A DNA stretch of 64,000 bases, taken from Candidatus Omnitrophota bacterium. GTDB lineage: Bacteria; Omnitrophota; Gorgyraeia; Zapsychrales; Zapsychraceae. The DNA lies in NCBI GenBank assembly GCA_035292445.1, contig DATDQB010000003.1, forward strand, positions 9,692 through 73,691. Reading direction: 5' to 3'. The notes beneath the pieces are model-generated. The model had not been told where the DNA came from. It was given only the letters and a program-made list of their open reading frames with translations, and did not search any database. Made by a program: the position numbers and the translations under genes. This document shows, piece after piece, positions 1 to 10,338 of the stretch (positions are counted from its first letter, which is position 1; each line of letters starts with the position of its first letter).

Positions 1-940
1 GCTGGTTCTGCAGGCGGATGATGGCCTCCCTTGATGTCAGCGCGTGGATGGTGCCCATGCAGTATTTGCCGATGTTGCAGGCGGTGATCATGTCCTTGGC
101 TTCTTCCCCGCGCACCTCCCCGACGATAATGCGCTCGGGCCTCATGCGCAGGCTGTTTTTGACCAGATCCGCCAGCGACACCTGCTCATCGCTTTCCAGG
201 CGAGAACAGCTTTCTTCCAAAAACGTGTTCAGCTCGAGGGTATCTTCGATGACGACCATCCGGTCCGTCTCCGGGATAAAACCAAACAAAGCGTTCAATA
301 AAGTCGTCTTGCCCACGCCCGGGCCGCCGGCGATGATGATGTTGGCCGGGCGTATCGACATCCCTTCGATATACAGCCACAGCTGGGCAGCGACATCGTA
401 CGTCATGGTTCCCTGGTGGATCAAATCAAGGATGCTCAGCGGAGACATCTTGGCCTTGGTGATCGTCAACTGGGGCCCGAACGGCGAAAAAGCGATATTG
501 ACCCGCCCTTCAAGGTTCGGCAATTCCAAATTCATCAGTTTCTGCCGGGCCTTGCGCCCCGAAAACAGCAATAATTTGCTGATAAACAGATCAAGCTCGT
601 GGCTGCTTCTAAAGCGTTTCCCTGTTGACACGTACCCTTTTTGGGCATGATGCATGTAAATGGGGTTCAAGTGATTAATAATGATATCCTCCACGCTGAA
701 ATCGCATAAAACATCCGTGACAATGCCGTAGGAAAGGAAATCCTTGATGAATTTCAGGCACTCCTCGGGGGTGCTGAAGCGGTCCTTAAAGTGCTTGAAC
801 TCTCCCCGGCGCAGCACCTCGGACAAGGCGGAATCGACAAACTCCTCCCGTTCTTTCTGCGGCTGCAGGAGATTCAATTTCCCGTGCAGCTCATCGATCA
901 AGCGAAACTCCAGATCCATTAAATCTTTTTCTTGGTCCAT
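1..940 (-). CDS. CpaF/TadA-family (VirB11-like) pilus/secretion ATPase, runs off window edge
   Basis: Not in ORF track; manual translation from ATG 940 (MDQEKDLMDLEF...) gives Walker A GGPGVGKTT, Asp box VVIEDTLEL, Walker B LRMRPERIIVGEVRG, His box MGTIHA. Confidence 0.9.
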   Translation of the reverse strand, partial: MDQEKDLMDLEFRLIDELHGKLNLLQPQKEREEFVDSALSEVLRRGEFKHFKDRFSTPEECLKFIKDFLSYGIVTDVLCDFSVEDIIINHLNPIYMHHAQKGYVSTGKRFRSSHELDLFISKLLLFSGRKARQKLMNLELPNLEGRVNIAFSPFGPQLTITKAKMSPLSILDLIHQGTMTYDVAAQLWLYIEGMSIRPANIIIAGGPGVGKTTLLNALFGFIPETDRMVVIEDTLELNTFLEESCSRLESDEQVSLADLVKNSLRMRPERIIVGEVRGEEAKDMITACNIGKYCMGTIHALTSREAIIRLQNQ

Positions 941-1020
941 AAGGGGATCGTCCTATGAATTGCTAATTTATCACTCCTGAAGGTGCTTGTAAACCCAAAT
1001 AGCTGTTTGTTTTTGCGCCT

Positions 1021-3657
1021 CTACGGCGCGGTGATGACCGTAACGGCCTTGCTAAAATCCAAATATGTCCTGGCGAGGCGTTGGATGTCTTCGGGCGTAA
1101 CGGCGCCGATCTTCTTTTCATAATTCTTATGCTCTTCATACCCCAGCCCGTAAAGCTCATCCAGGCCGGATGTGAAAGACAGCGCGTCGTTGGTTTCCAA
1201 GCCCGCCTTAAAATTCCCTTTCAAATACGTTTTGATGTCCTCCACCTCTTGAAGCGGGGCGAGCTCTTCCTGAAGCAGGCGGATCTCTTTTCGAATGATC
1301 TGTTCGATCGTTTCAACCGCTTCTTTCTCGGTCAACACATAAAAGGCGATCAATCCCGTGTCCAGACCCGGCATCTGGTAATCCCCCATCGTATACGCCT
1401 TGCCCAATTCTTCGCGGATGCTGTTGAAAAGCCTGCCGCTGAAGGAAGAGCCCATGTAGGTCCCCAGCACCTCCAGGCCGTAACGGTCCGGATGGTACAT
1501 ATCGACGCCGTGAAACCCGATCATCACCAACGCCTGCTCCTTGTTGAGCTGCACAGCGATGCGCTTGGGCTCGCGGATGAGTTCTTCTTCGTGCTTTTCA
1601 AAAACAACGTCTTTTCGTTTAAGGCTTCCCAGGAATGATCTCAGCTGGGCCAATACCTCCGGCGGATCGATATCGCCAAAGACACTGACCACCATATTGT
1701 TGGGGACGGCCCAATCGCTATAATAGGCCGCGATATCCTTTTGCTCGATAAGCACGAGCGTTTCGTTTGTCCCAAGACTATCCATACGATAGGGATGCTT
1801 TTCAAAAAGGTTCTTTCTCAGCGCAAAGCTTGTCAGGGGGAAAATGTTTTCATCCCGCTGGCGGATGGCTTTGAGCATGTCTTCTTTCTTCCTTTTGATC
1901 TCATCCGCAGGAAAAACCGGCTGTGTGATAATTTTGCCCAGCAGATCAAGGGCTGTCTTGGTGTCCTGCGACAACAGGCTCATGGAAAGGCCGAAACTGT
2001 TGTTGCCGGCGTAAGCGCTCAGATCGATCCCCAAGCCTTCGGTCATCTCTTCGATCTGTTGGGACGATAGCGACTTGGTCCCCTTGGTCCACACATGCGC
2101 CATCAATTGCGACACGCCGTTTATCGATGGCGGTTCTTTGATGAGCCCGCCTTTGAACATGACCCGCACCGATACCAACGGGAACGTCGCGTCTTTCCTT
2201 AACAAAATGCTGATGCCGTTATCCAGGGTGACTTTTTGTATCTCTTCCTGGGCAGCCTCCGGTTGCGGCAACGGCGTTTCATCTTGCTGGCCCGCCGGCT
2301 TCAACACGGTGACGCTCAAACGCTCGGGGCGAAGATAGGCGCGGGCCACCCGCTGGATGTCTTGTGTTTTGACCTTTTTGATTTCCTCAACGTATTTCTG
2401 CGAAAAAGTATAATCCCCCGCGAACGTTTCATCAACGGCCTGATGCCAGGCGACGCTGGAGGCCTTTTGGTTGCCCTTAATGTAATCGCTCAACACTTGC
2501 CGCTGCGCCTTCTCCAGTTCGGCCTTGGTGACGCCTTTGGATTTAAGAGTATCGACCTCCTGCCAAACGGTCGTTTCGATTTCCTTCACGTTCTTCGTTT
2601 CGCACAGGGCTTCGACTTCGAACAACCCCGGATCAACCGGCGTGTAGTTGCTGGCGTACACGGAATAGGCGATGCCTTTTTCTTTATACAATTTCTGATA
2701 AAGCCGCGAGCTTTCGCCCTGGCCCATAACAACCGCCAGCACATCCAGCGCGTACATATCTTCGTTCAAGAGGCTCACCCCCTGAAACGCCATGGACAGC
2801 CGCGCCAGGTCCGTTGGATACTCTTCCTCAAAACGCCGCGCGCTGATCTGCGGCGGCTCCTGCGGCACAATATCCAACACGAAAGGCTGCCGGGGAATGC
2901 TGTTTAATTTTTCGATGATCTTACCCTTGATCTCTTCGGTCTTGATATTTCCGGCAACGGAAAGAATGATATTATTGGGGGCGTAATGCTGTTTGTAATA
3001 CTGCCACAGCTCCTCGCGGGTGATCCGGCCGAAGAGATCCTCGTAACCGATAACAGGATGGCGGTAGGTGTGCTTGAGGTAACTGTTTTGAAAGGCGAGC
3101 CGGCCCAGCCACGAGTCCGGATTGTCCTTGTGCAGGCGCATCTCGGCAAAAATGACGTCCCTTTCCTTTTCCACTTCTTGAGGGTCGATCGGCGCGTTGA
3201 ATAACATACCGGTGAGCGTATCCAATGCCATTTCAAAATGGTCGTTGGGGACATTGACCGTGTAAATGGTGAAATCCTGGCCTGTGGAAGCGTTGATGTT
3301 TCCGCCTACGGCCTGGACTTTAGCAGCCAATGCGCCGCCGGGCTGGCCGTGGGCCCCCTGAAAGAGCATATGTTCGAGAAAATGAGAAATGCCGCTGCCG
3401 ACGAACTCCCCTTCCCTGGCAGAGCCGGTGCGCACGAGCCCGTACACGGAAACCATGGGGCTCGTTGGCATCTCGCTTATGAGGACGACCAACCCGTTGT
3501 CGAGAACGAACCGCTGCGAAGGGCCAGCGGCCCAAAGTGACGAGACAAAGGCGCCGCCTACAAAGATAAAAGCCAATAACGCGCTCGTTAAGAAGCGCTT
3601 ATTGCTTTTTCTTTTTATGATATTCTTCCAGAAGTTTTCTGATGTCGGTTTCGGCAT
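1021..3657 (-). CDS. M16 (pitrilysin/PqqL-like) zinc peptidase, two-halved, probably exported
   Basis: Inverted zinc motif HFLEH; LDNG at start of both halves; hydrophobic N-terminus; exact start uncertain (overlaps upstream gene). Confidence 0.9.
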   Translation of the reverse strand: MPKPTSENFWKNIIKRKSNKRFLTSALLAFIFVGGAFVSSLWAAGPSQRFVLDNGLVVLISEMPTSPMVSVYGLVRTGSAREGEFVGSGISHFLEHMLFQGAHGQPGGALAAKVQAVGGNINASTGQDFTIYTVNVPNDHFEMALDTLTGMLFNAPIDPQEVEKERDVIFAEMRLHKDNPDSWLGRLAFQNSYLKHTYRHPVIGYEDLFGRITREELWQYYKQHYAPNNIILSVAGNIKTEEIKGKIIEKLNSIPRQPFVLDIVPQEPPQISARRFEEEYPTDLARLSMAFQGVSLLNEDMYALDVLAVVMGQGESSRLYQKLYKEKGIAYSVYASNYTPVDPGLFEVEALCETKNVKEIETTVWQEVDTLKSKGVTKAELEKAQRQVLSDYIKGNQKASSVAWHQAVDETFAGDYTFSQKYVEEIKKVKTQDIQRVARAYLRPERLSVTVLKPAGQQDETPLPQPEAAQEEIQKVTLDNGISILLRKDATFPLVSVRVMFKGGLIKEPPSINGVSQLMAHVWTKGTKSLSSQQIEEMTEGLGIDLSAYAGNNSFGLSMSLLSQDTKTALDLLGKIITQPVFPADEIKRKKEDMLKAIRQRDENIFPLTSFALRKNLFEKHPYRMDSLGTNETLVLIEQKDIAAYYSDWAVPNNMVVSVFGDIDPPEVLAQLRSFLGSLKRKDVVFEKHEEELIREPKRIAVQLNKEQALVMIGFHGVDMYHPDRYGLEVLGTYMGSSFSGRLFNSIREELGKAYTMGDYQMPGLDTGLIAFYVLTEKEAVETIEQIIRKEIRLLQEELAPLQEVEDIKTYLKGNFKAGLETNDALSFTSGLDELYGLGYEEHKNYEKKIGAVTPEDIQRLARTYLDFSKAVTVITAP

Positions 3658-4132
3658 TGCGGGCGATCTGGGAACAGATAAAAATCAACAATGAAAACGG
3701 CCACACATCCTCCGGGCCGGCAATGAGCCCGGTCTTGACGTTTTCTTTCTGCTGCAACAGGCTTTCATAATGCTTGATGGCCGTTGAAAGTTTTCCCCCG
3801 TAGACTTCCAGCGAAACGGTGCGGTTGTCGTAACGGAATGACGGCACGCTCACCCCCCGCACCAACAAAAAATTCATCATGGTATTTTCGTTGAACGCCA
3901 ATTCCTCGAATTCAAATCCTTTGAACTGCGGGTTGTTCGGCGGCACGATCAACGTCGGCTTCTCCACAACAACTTCTCCTTGGCGGACCACCGTATCCCC
4001 CATGTTAACGCTGGACTCTGACAAAAGGATATACGGGACATAGGTCGCCCCGGTCGTCATCAACGCCTGCACGCGGGCACGGATGATCTCCGTATTTCTT
4101 AACGCCTTTTCCCAAGCTTGTTCGATGCTCAT
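3599..4132 (-). CDS. hypothetical protein
   Basis: 177-aa ORF co-oriented with and overlapping the M16 gene; no motif recognised. Confidence 0.7.
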   Translation of the reverse strand: MSIEQAWEKALRNTEIIRARVQALMTTGATYVPYILLSESSVNMGDTVVRQGEVVVEKPTLIVPPNNPQFKGFEFEELAFNENTMMNFLLVRGVSVPSFRYDNRTVSLEVYGGKLSTAIKHYESLLQQKENVKTGLIAGPEDVWPFSLLIFICSQIARNAETDIRKLLEEYHKKKKQ

Positions 4133-4150
4133 GGTTTAACTTTTAATGGC

Positions 4151-4236
4151 GTTCTGCTTCGCCAAACAGCTTTCGCGTTTGGCTTCGCAGAACGTTCTTC
4201 GAAGCCCCGAGCGAAAGCATCGGGGCGAAGAAGAAC
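4151..4236. repeat. inverted pair of structured hairpin repeats (stem-CGWAG-stem-GCGAAAGCW-stem-CGAAG-stem) abutting tRNA 3' end
   Basis: 4151-4193 (minus sense) and 4194-4236 (plus sense); same architecture recurs at 24546-24683. Confidence 0.85.
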
Positions 4237-4322
4237 GGAGAGGGTGAGATTCGAACTCACGAGCCACTTGCGTAGCCACACGCCTTCCAAGCGTGCTCTT
4301 TCAACCGCTCAGACACCTCTCC
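4236..4322 (-). tRNA. tRNA-Ser(GGA)
   Basis: GGAGAGG acceptor 5' strand, anticodon arm CACGC-TTGGAAG-GCGTG, long variable arm, GTTCGAATC T-loop; CCA not encoded. Confidence 0.95.
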
Positions 4323-4348
4323 TTACAATATTTTTGAATTTAGAAAAA

Positions 4349-4405
4349 GGAGAGGTTGTCCCCGCTTCCTAAAATTATTTATTAGATAAACGGGGGCACC
4401 TCTCC
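4349..4405 (-). other. hairpin plus T-tract in tRNA-Ser(GGA) leader
   Basis: GGAGAGGTGCCCCCG...CGGGGACAACCTCTCC-TTTTT; first 9 nt identical to the tRNA 5' end. Confidence 0.5.
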
Positions 4406-4593
4406 CTATATATTTAATATTAATACTAAATGCCCCACCAGACCTAACACTATACCATAAATTCTTGTAACTGCAACCATTCTACACAGTTAACCATATT
4501 TTTAAATGCGCCCTCATTTGCCATTTTCCCGAATCTACGTTGTGAACAAATTTTTATTATTCTCACTTACACTTATCTTATTTATGAACTAAA

Positions 4594-6243
4594 ATGATTT
4601 TTATGAGATACGCCAAGCCCCTTCCGCTCATTCTTATCGCCTCTTTACTGCTTAAATTATTCTACTGGTGGGAACTGACCCTTAATCCCCTGCCGAAAAT
4701 TGCCATTATTGATGAAACCTACGACCAATCCCGTTTCTATCAAGCGGCCATAGGAATATTGTCCGGTGACTGGCTGGCCTCCAGCGCCAACTGGTTCTCC
4801 CCCGTTTATTCTTATTTTATCGCCCTGATTTTAAAAATAACAGGGGCCGATTTCTATCATGTCTTATTGGTCCAAACACTTATTGGCTGGATAGGCATCA
4901 TCCTTATCTACAAAAGCGTTCAAATTCTTTTTAAAGACGCCCGGCTGGCTCTGCTGAGCGCTTGTCTTTTTGCGTTTTACGCTCCCTTTACTTTTTATGA
5001 AGGCATCCTCAACAGGGACATTCTCATCACCTACGGGTATTTATTCAGTTTTTATGCCGCTCTAAAAACGATTGAAAATAAAAAATCAATTTGGTTAGTG
5101 ATGGCTGCCTTTTCTTTAGGGTTAACCATGGTCCTGCGCGGGCATGTTTTACCGCTTCTGCTCGGTATTTATCTGCCCCATAGCATGGGTGGATCCTGGT
5201 CACAAAAATGTCGCCACATCATTCTTTTTGTGCTTATCTTCACCCTGACACTTGCGCCTTTCTGGTTACGCGATCAATTATTGAGCAAAAAAACTTCTGT
5301 ATCTTCTCAAGGTTTTTCTGTCTTTTGGGTTGGCAACACCTATGAGTCGTCGGGCCTTGACGTGTATCGCACGCCTTTAAGAGAATCCTTGACGCAAGAA
5401 ACTGAAGAGAACCTGTTTAAAGCGGTTAAGATCTTCATCCGGGAGATCAAAAAACACCCCCGGGAATACCAATACCTTTATCTGCGTAAATTCTACATGC
5501 TCTTTAACAGTTACGAGATCCCGGCTAACATGAGCTTTGATCAGGCTAACGAGAATTCAAGAATATTAAGATTTTTCATTATTAACGCTTCCTTCGTTCT
5601 GCCCCTGGCGTTATTGGGTATGTTTTTATGTTGGGCCAAAAGAAAAGAATGTGCCCTCCTTTATCTGTTTACCGTAATTTTACTTCTGGGCGTAGTTCTA
5701 TTCCACGTTCAAGCCAGATATCGCTTACCGGCCATCCCCTATCTGATCATTTTTGCAGCATATAGCTTGTCTTGGCTATTGCGAACCATCTATCAACGCC
5801 GGATCCTCTTATGCGCCGGCGGATTGTGCTTGTGGTCATTGTTTTCCGCTTTTACCTCGCCGGCCGATGAATTTATCAAGAGATGTTTCATCTCCCACAT
5901 CAGGCCATCCGATTACTTAAACCTGGCTATCGCCTACTATTTTGAATACAGTAGCAACCAAAACCTGCTTAATAACGAAAAAAAAGATTTTATTTTGCAA
6001 AAAGTCTCTGTCAATCTGGAGCAGGCAATCAAATATTGGCCCGCCCAAGATAAAAAATTCATATCCGAAATCTCGACCATGCTCGGTGATATTTATTGGA
6101 TACGGGGAAAACGAAAAGAAGCATTAGCGACCTTTGAAAAAGCGCTGTTACTTAATCCCAACAGCGCTGACTTAAGGCGCTCCGTTGAATTCATGAAAGG
6201 ATTCGGAGTTCTCCCTGATAAAAAAATTAACGTTACGCTGTGA
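4594..6243 (+). CDS. GT-C (ArnT/PMT-like) membrane glycosyltransferase with C-terminal TPR
   Basis: Many TM segments, DE in first loop, ARYRLP motif, TPR-like end (EALATFEKALLLNP); AT-richer than neighbours. Confidence 0.75.
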   Translation: MIFMRYAKPLPLILIASLLLKLFYWWELTLNPLPKIAIIDETYDQSRFYQAAIGILSGDWLASSANWFSPVYSYFIALILKITGADFYHVLLVQTLIGWIGIILIYKSVQILFKDARLALLSACLFAFYAPFTFYEGILNRDILITYGYLFSFYAALKTIENKKSIWLVMAAFSLGLTMVLRGHVLPLLLGIYLPHSMGGSWSQKCRHIILFVLIFTLTLAPFWLRDQLLSKKTSVSSQGFSVFWVGNTYESSGLDVYRTPLRESLTQETEENLFKAVKIFIREIKKHPREYQYLYLRKFYMLFNSYEIPANMSFDQANENSRILRFFIINASFVLPLALLGMFLCWAKRKECALLYLFTVILLLGVVLFHVQARYRLPAIPYLIIFAAYSLSWLLRTIYQRRILLCAGGLCLWSLFSAFTSPADEFIKRCFISHIRPSDYLNLAIAYYFEYSSNQNLLNNEKKDFILQKVSVNLEQAIKYWPAQDKKFISEISTMLGDIYWIRGKRKEALATFEKALLLNPNSADLRRSVEFMKGFGVLPDKKINVTL

Positions 6244-6255
6244 TACGCAAAGAAA

Positions 6256-6921
6256 TCATTTCTTGGTGAACACAACGACGTTCAGATGGGGGAATTCGCA
6301 GTGCCAATCCAACCACTTGGCGACCCAAAGGAATGTTTGCTGCCGAAAGAAACAGATGTGCGTCGGCTCTTTAAGATACCACCAATTCGAAAAAGGCTCT
6401 TTCTCCTGCCAAACCTCGGTCATGACGGCGATCGTGCCTCCCGCCCTTAAGAGGCGCTCCCATAAAATAAAACTTTCCCGGGGGAAACGTAAATGTTCGA
6501 GGACCTCCGTGCAGGTGATAAAATCGTATTGGCGTTCCAGTAATTTTTTCTCCGGAAAATAAAACGGGTCATAATCAAAGACCCTCAACCCTTCTTTTTT
6601 TAAGATGGCACTGACCGTCGGCCCTGGCCCGCAGCCGAAATCGAGGCCCTCCCATCCCGGCTTGAGCCGCCACAGCAAGGGGCCGGTCAGCTTTGATAAA
6701 AATTTGACATACGCTTCATCATCAGGACTGTTCTCATGAAGGTCATATCTTTCCTTTTCCCGCGCCGGGTCCAAATGAAAAGGACTCGGCACGAAGATCA
6801 AGAAGCAACGTGGGCAATGGTAATAATCTTTTTTTACACCTCCGGAGGGTTTCACCACGGCGTAAAGAGAAATTTCATCGTTTTGACATAATGGGCATTG
6901 TTGCGCCTGTGTTACGGTCAT
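6256..6921 (-). CDS. class I SAM-dependent methyltransferase with N-terminal Zn-ribbon
   Basis: CPLC...CPRC; LDFGCGPG; EVLEH. Confidence 0.85.
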   Translation of the reverse strand: MTVTQAQQCPLCQNDEISLYAVVKPSGGVKKDYYHCPRCFLIFVPSPFHLDPAREKERYDLHENSPDDEAYVKFLSKLTGPLLWRLKPGWEGLDFGCGPGPTVSAILKKEGLRVFDYDPFYFPEKKLLERQYDFITCTEVLEHLRFPRESFILWERLLRAGGTIAVMTEVWQEKEPFSNWWYLKEPTHICFFRQQTFLWVAKWLDWHCEFPHLNVVVFTKK

Positions 6922-8792
6922 TTATTCAATTCCTCAACATACCCCGGGTCCGCCTGGTAGCCCAGATCAAGGGCTTTTTGAAGATAATGCCTGGCTTGAT
7001 TGATATCGTCCAACTTGTAATAAGAATAAGACAAATTATAATACGCGGCGGCAAAATGAGGATCGAGCGCAACCGCTGACTTGAAATCCCTGATGGCGAT
7101 CGTGAATTCTCCGAGAGTATTATATGTCGCCCCGCGGTTGTTGTACGCCTTGGCATAGTTGGGGTCGAAGAAAACAGCTTTCGTAAAATCTTCCAGGGCT
7201 TCTTCGGTCTTCCCCAAGAACAAATAAACTGTTCCCCGCTCATTATAACTTTCCGGATGGCTGGGATTCATTTCGAGCGCTTTGTTCAAGTCGTTTAACG
7301 CTCTTGTGTACTCTTTCATTTTGGCGTATTGCGTCCCGCGGTTGTGGTAAGCGTTGAAATAATACGGGTCCAGATCCAGCGCTTTGTTGAAATCCTGGAG
7401 CGCCTTGAGATGCTGCCCCAGCCGCATATAAGAAACGCCGCGGTTGTTGAACGCTTCGCTGTTGTCGGGCGCCAGCAAGAACACTTTCTCGTATTGCGCG
7501 ATCGCTTTTTCGTATTCTCCCTGCTGCGCGTACGCCACACCGAGATTCAAATTCGGATTGACCATCCGCGGTGATTTCTGGACGTTATCCGACCAGAATG
7601 TGACAGGGTCCGACCAGGTCTTGTTGCGCTGATAGGTCAAAAACGACAAAACCAATACCGCCAGGCCCACCAGAAAAATAGCGACTTTCCTGTTAAAGGT
7701 AAAAACCACGGCGCTTAGGGCCAGAAAAATGCCGATGGACGGCAGGTACGTGCGGTGCTCGAAAATGACATGGCCGATGACGATGGCGCTGGACTCGATC
7801 GAAAGAGTGATGAAAAACCACAGCAACCCAAAGCCGATCAGCCGATTGAATTTCAGCATCCCGATGGCAAAGGCCAGCAGAAAACACACCATCAACATGC
7901 TGAAAGCGGTCTCGGGCTCCTGCAGGCTGGTGGACATCGGATAATCATAAATAAAATTCTGCTTCAAAGGGAACACCAACAATTTTAAATATGTCAGGAT
8001 GACGCGAAACTGCGTCAAAAAGTAAGTCATGGGCGTCAGGATATCCCCGATATGGGAACTTGATGGCCGCTCAACGGAGAAAAGCCCGGCCACGTTAAAA
8101 GAATAGTACGCGGGAATAGAAAGCGCGATGGCAACAGGAACGGCCCAAAGCAGCCATTTCCTCCGCTTTGTTCCGGGAAAAAATATTTGATCATACACGA
8201 TGATCATGACCGGTAGCGTGAGGGCGATCTGCTTGCTTAAGACAGCTCCGGCACAGCCAAGGAATACGCCCAATAGATACCCCCATTGCTTCTTGAGCCG
8301 AAACGCGGCGTAGAAACACAGCGTCAACACGTAAAAAAGCGTTGCCAAGGACGTAAAACGCTGGCAAATGTAGGTAACGGATTGGGTCGCCAGCGGATGT
8401 ACCAGGAACAATAACGCGGCGGCGAATGAGGCCGCAGGCGCATGGCGGGCGATCGCTTTCTCGCGCAAGAGCGGAGATCGCATCGTCAGATAAGCGAACC
8501 ACCACACCAGGCCGGCATTAAGGATATGGATCGCCACGTTGACAACGTGATAGCCAAAGACATCCAACTGGTAGAAATGGTAGTTGAGCGCGAAGCTTAA
8601 GAAAGGAATGAACCGAAGCGGCGCGTAGCTTCCCCAGAAAATGGTGCTGATATTATCGAGATGCTTAAGGGACGGGTTGCGGACGATATAATAGATATCG
8701 TCGAAAACAAACGGGCTGTGGAAGGCGTTGGAATAAACGGCCACCCCCAGCCCCAGGAGGATAAAAATTTTTAAGGGCGTTGCCCATCTCAT
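6918..8792 (-). CDS. TMTC-like GT-C glycosyltransferase with C-terminal TPR array
   Basis: FVFDD, HPLATQSVTY, EHRTYLP motifs; ~6 TPRs. Confidence 0.85.
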   Translation of the reverse strand: MRWATPLKIFILLGLGVAVYSNAFHSPFVFDDIYYIVRNPSLKHLDNISTIFWGSYAPLRFIPFLSFALNYHFYQLDVFGYHVVNVAIHILNAGLVWWFAYLTMRSPLLREKAIARHAPAASFAAALLFLVHPLATQSVTYICQRFTSLATLFYVLTLCFYAAFRLKKQWGYLLGVFLGCAGAVLSKQIALTLPVMIIVYDQIFFPGTKRRKWLLWAVPVAIALSIPAYYSFNVAGLFSVERPSSSHIGDILTPMTYFLTQFRVILTYLKLLVFPLKQNFIYDYPMSTSLQEPETAFSMLMVCFLLAFAIGMLKFNRLIGFGLLWFFITLSIESSAIVIGHVIFEHRTYLPSIGIFLALSAVVFTFNRKVAIFLVGLAVLVLSFLTYQRNKTWSDPVTFWSDNVQKSPRMVNPNLNLGVAYAQQGEYEKAIAQYEKVFLLAPDNSEAFNNRGVSYMRLGQHLKALQDFNKALDLDPYYFNAYHNRGTQYAKMKEYTRALNDLNKALEMNPSHPESYNERGTVYLFLGKTEEALEDFTKAVFFDPNYAKAYNNRGATYNTLGEFTIAIRDFKSAVALDPHFAAAYYNLSYSYYKLDDINQARHYLQKALDLGYQADPGYVEELNK

Positions 8793-8793
8793 C

Positions 8794-10338
8794 TTAATAG
8801 TAAGCCACGTTATCGGTCATAGCGTGGAACCAGCTGACCTGAGCAGTCTTGGCCGCGAAATACAATAGGGCCACGGCGAATAAAGACGCGGCGACCAAGC
8901 GTAGGGGCGCAGCGCGCTGCGCCCCTATTTCTTTTTTTAAAAGAAAATTAAAAATGTCTATTATAACCCTGACGCTCAGCAGCACCGCGGCCGGGGTAAA
9001 ATATAAGATATACCGGCCCTGGTAATTGCCGTAAAAGGACGTGAAGGCGAGCGTCCAAAAGGCAACCGACAGCAAAAGCCCGTCTCCTTTAGAGCCCAAG
9101 GGCGCCTTGACCATGCCGATAAAAAAGAAAATGTAAAACGGTGAGTATTCCAGGATATGCTTGATATAAAAATACCACGGCTCTTCGTTGAACGAGCCCA
9201 TGGCCCACCCTGTCTTGGGATAACCGTGCCACGTTAAGGATTTGAACAAGCTCTCCCTGAAGTCGGGTTGAATGATCAGATAAACGATAGAAAAAGACAG
9301 GGCGACGCTCAATAGAAACCCTGCGGTCGACTTGAAACGCGAGATCTTTTCATAAACGACCTGGCTTTTCTTCTTCAAAATAAAAAGGATAAAAAAAGCC
9401 GCCCCAAAACCAAGAATTAAATAAAAGAACTTATCGAAGCGGCTGAAAACCCAGCCGCGGAATGTGTTACCAATAAAGAGCTCCCTGCCATAATGCTCAA
9501 TATTCGTAAGGATCCAGGGCAAAAACAGGATCCCCGCGATAAAAAGCCCGATATAAAAAAGAAACGATTTAAATACTTTTCTCTCAACAAGTGCGGCATA
9601 AGTCAAAGTGCTAATAAAAACAAGGACCGCTGGATACTTGGTCAGCAAAGCCAGCCCCCCGCTTATGCCCCAGAGGATAAAATACCACGGCTGGTCCTTG
9701 CCCTTATAAAAGAAATAAACGGCCAACCAGAACATGGCCGCCAGGGTCGATTCCATCCACACCTTTTGGGAGCAGTTAAGCAAGTTGACCTCAATGGCCA
9801 GGATGAACGCGGCCAAAAGGCCAACGCGGTAATCATAGATTGTGCGGCCCAACAAAAAGACCGTGAAGATCAACAGACACCCCATCAGGTTGGATACTTT
9901 GCTGGACAAGGCATAAAGCTCCTCGAAAGAATAGTTGGGCTTTTTCTCAAGGAACGTGTAAGACAAGCTGATCAAAAACGAATAGAACGGCGGGTGCTTG
10001 AAGAGCGGGTCTTTGAAATATGCCGGCAGCTGGCGCCCGGCGCGCAGATTCTCGTTGAACATGCTTACCGTGCTGTATTCAAGGCCTTCTTTGAGCTGCA
10101 ACCCCAGGCGCGAATAAACAGACTCATCAACGGTCGTAATGCGTTTCCTGTGGGTGAAGTCCGCCCCGTAAAGATGGGTGAAAAATGACGCCACAACGAT
10201 CACAAAAGCGGCTACAACGGCGTATTGGCTGAAAATGCCCTGGGGCTGAGCGGGCGTAACGGCGGGATTTTCCTGGCGGGAAGGCGCTCCCTTATTGTGT
10301 TTATGCTTTTTCTTTGCCAATTTATTTTTTACCGACAA
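8794..10338 (-). CDS. ArnT/PMT-family GT-C glycosyltransferase
   Basis: DESVY, KHPP, ALLTKYP, RY motifs; multi-TM. Confidence 0.8.
   Translation of the reverse strand: MSVKNKLAKKKHKHNKGAPSRQENPAVTPAQPQGIFSQYAVVAAFVIVVASFFTHLYGADFTHRKRITTVDESVYSRLGLQLKEGLEYSTVSMFNENLRAGRQLPAYFKDPLFKHPPFYSFLISLSYTFLEKKPNYSFEELYALSSKVSNLMGCLLIFTVFLLGRTIYDYRVGLLAAFILAIEVNLLNCSQKVWMESTLAAMFWLAVYFFYKGKDQPWYFILWGISGGLALLTKYPAVLVFISTLTYAALVERKVFKSFLFYIGLFIAGILFLPWILTNIEHYGRELFIGNTFRGWVFSRFDKFFYLILGFGAAFFILFILKKKSQVVYEKISRFKSTAGFLLSVALSFSIVYLIIQPDFRESLFKSLTWHGYPKTGWAMGSFNEEPWYFYIKHILEYSPFYIFFFIGMVKAPLGSKGDGLLLSVAFWTLAFTSFYGNYQGRYILYFTPAAVLLSVRVIIDIFNFLLKKEIGAQRAAPLRLVAASLFAVALLYFAAKTAQVSWFHAMTDNVAYY
8901..8928 (+). 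repeat. GTAG-type REP-like palindrome inside a CDS
   Basis: GTAGGGGCGCAGCGCGCTGCGCCCCTAT; related copy at 18535-18561. Confidence 0.7.

Noticed and set aside
18-650. Long plus-strand ORFs (18..650, 11403..12272, 43653..44648, 45781..46539 etc.)
   Set aside because: Antisense shadows of motif-supported minus-strand genes
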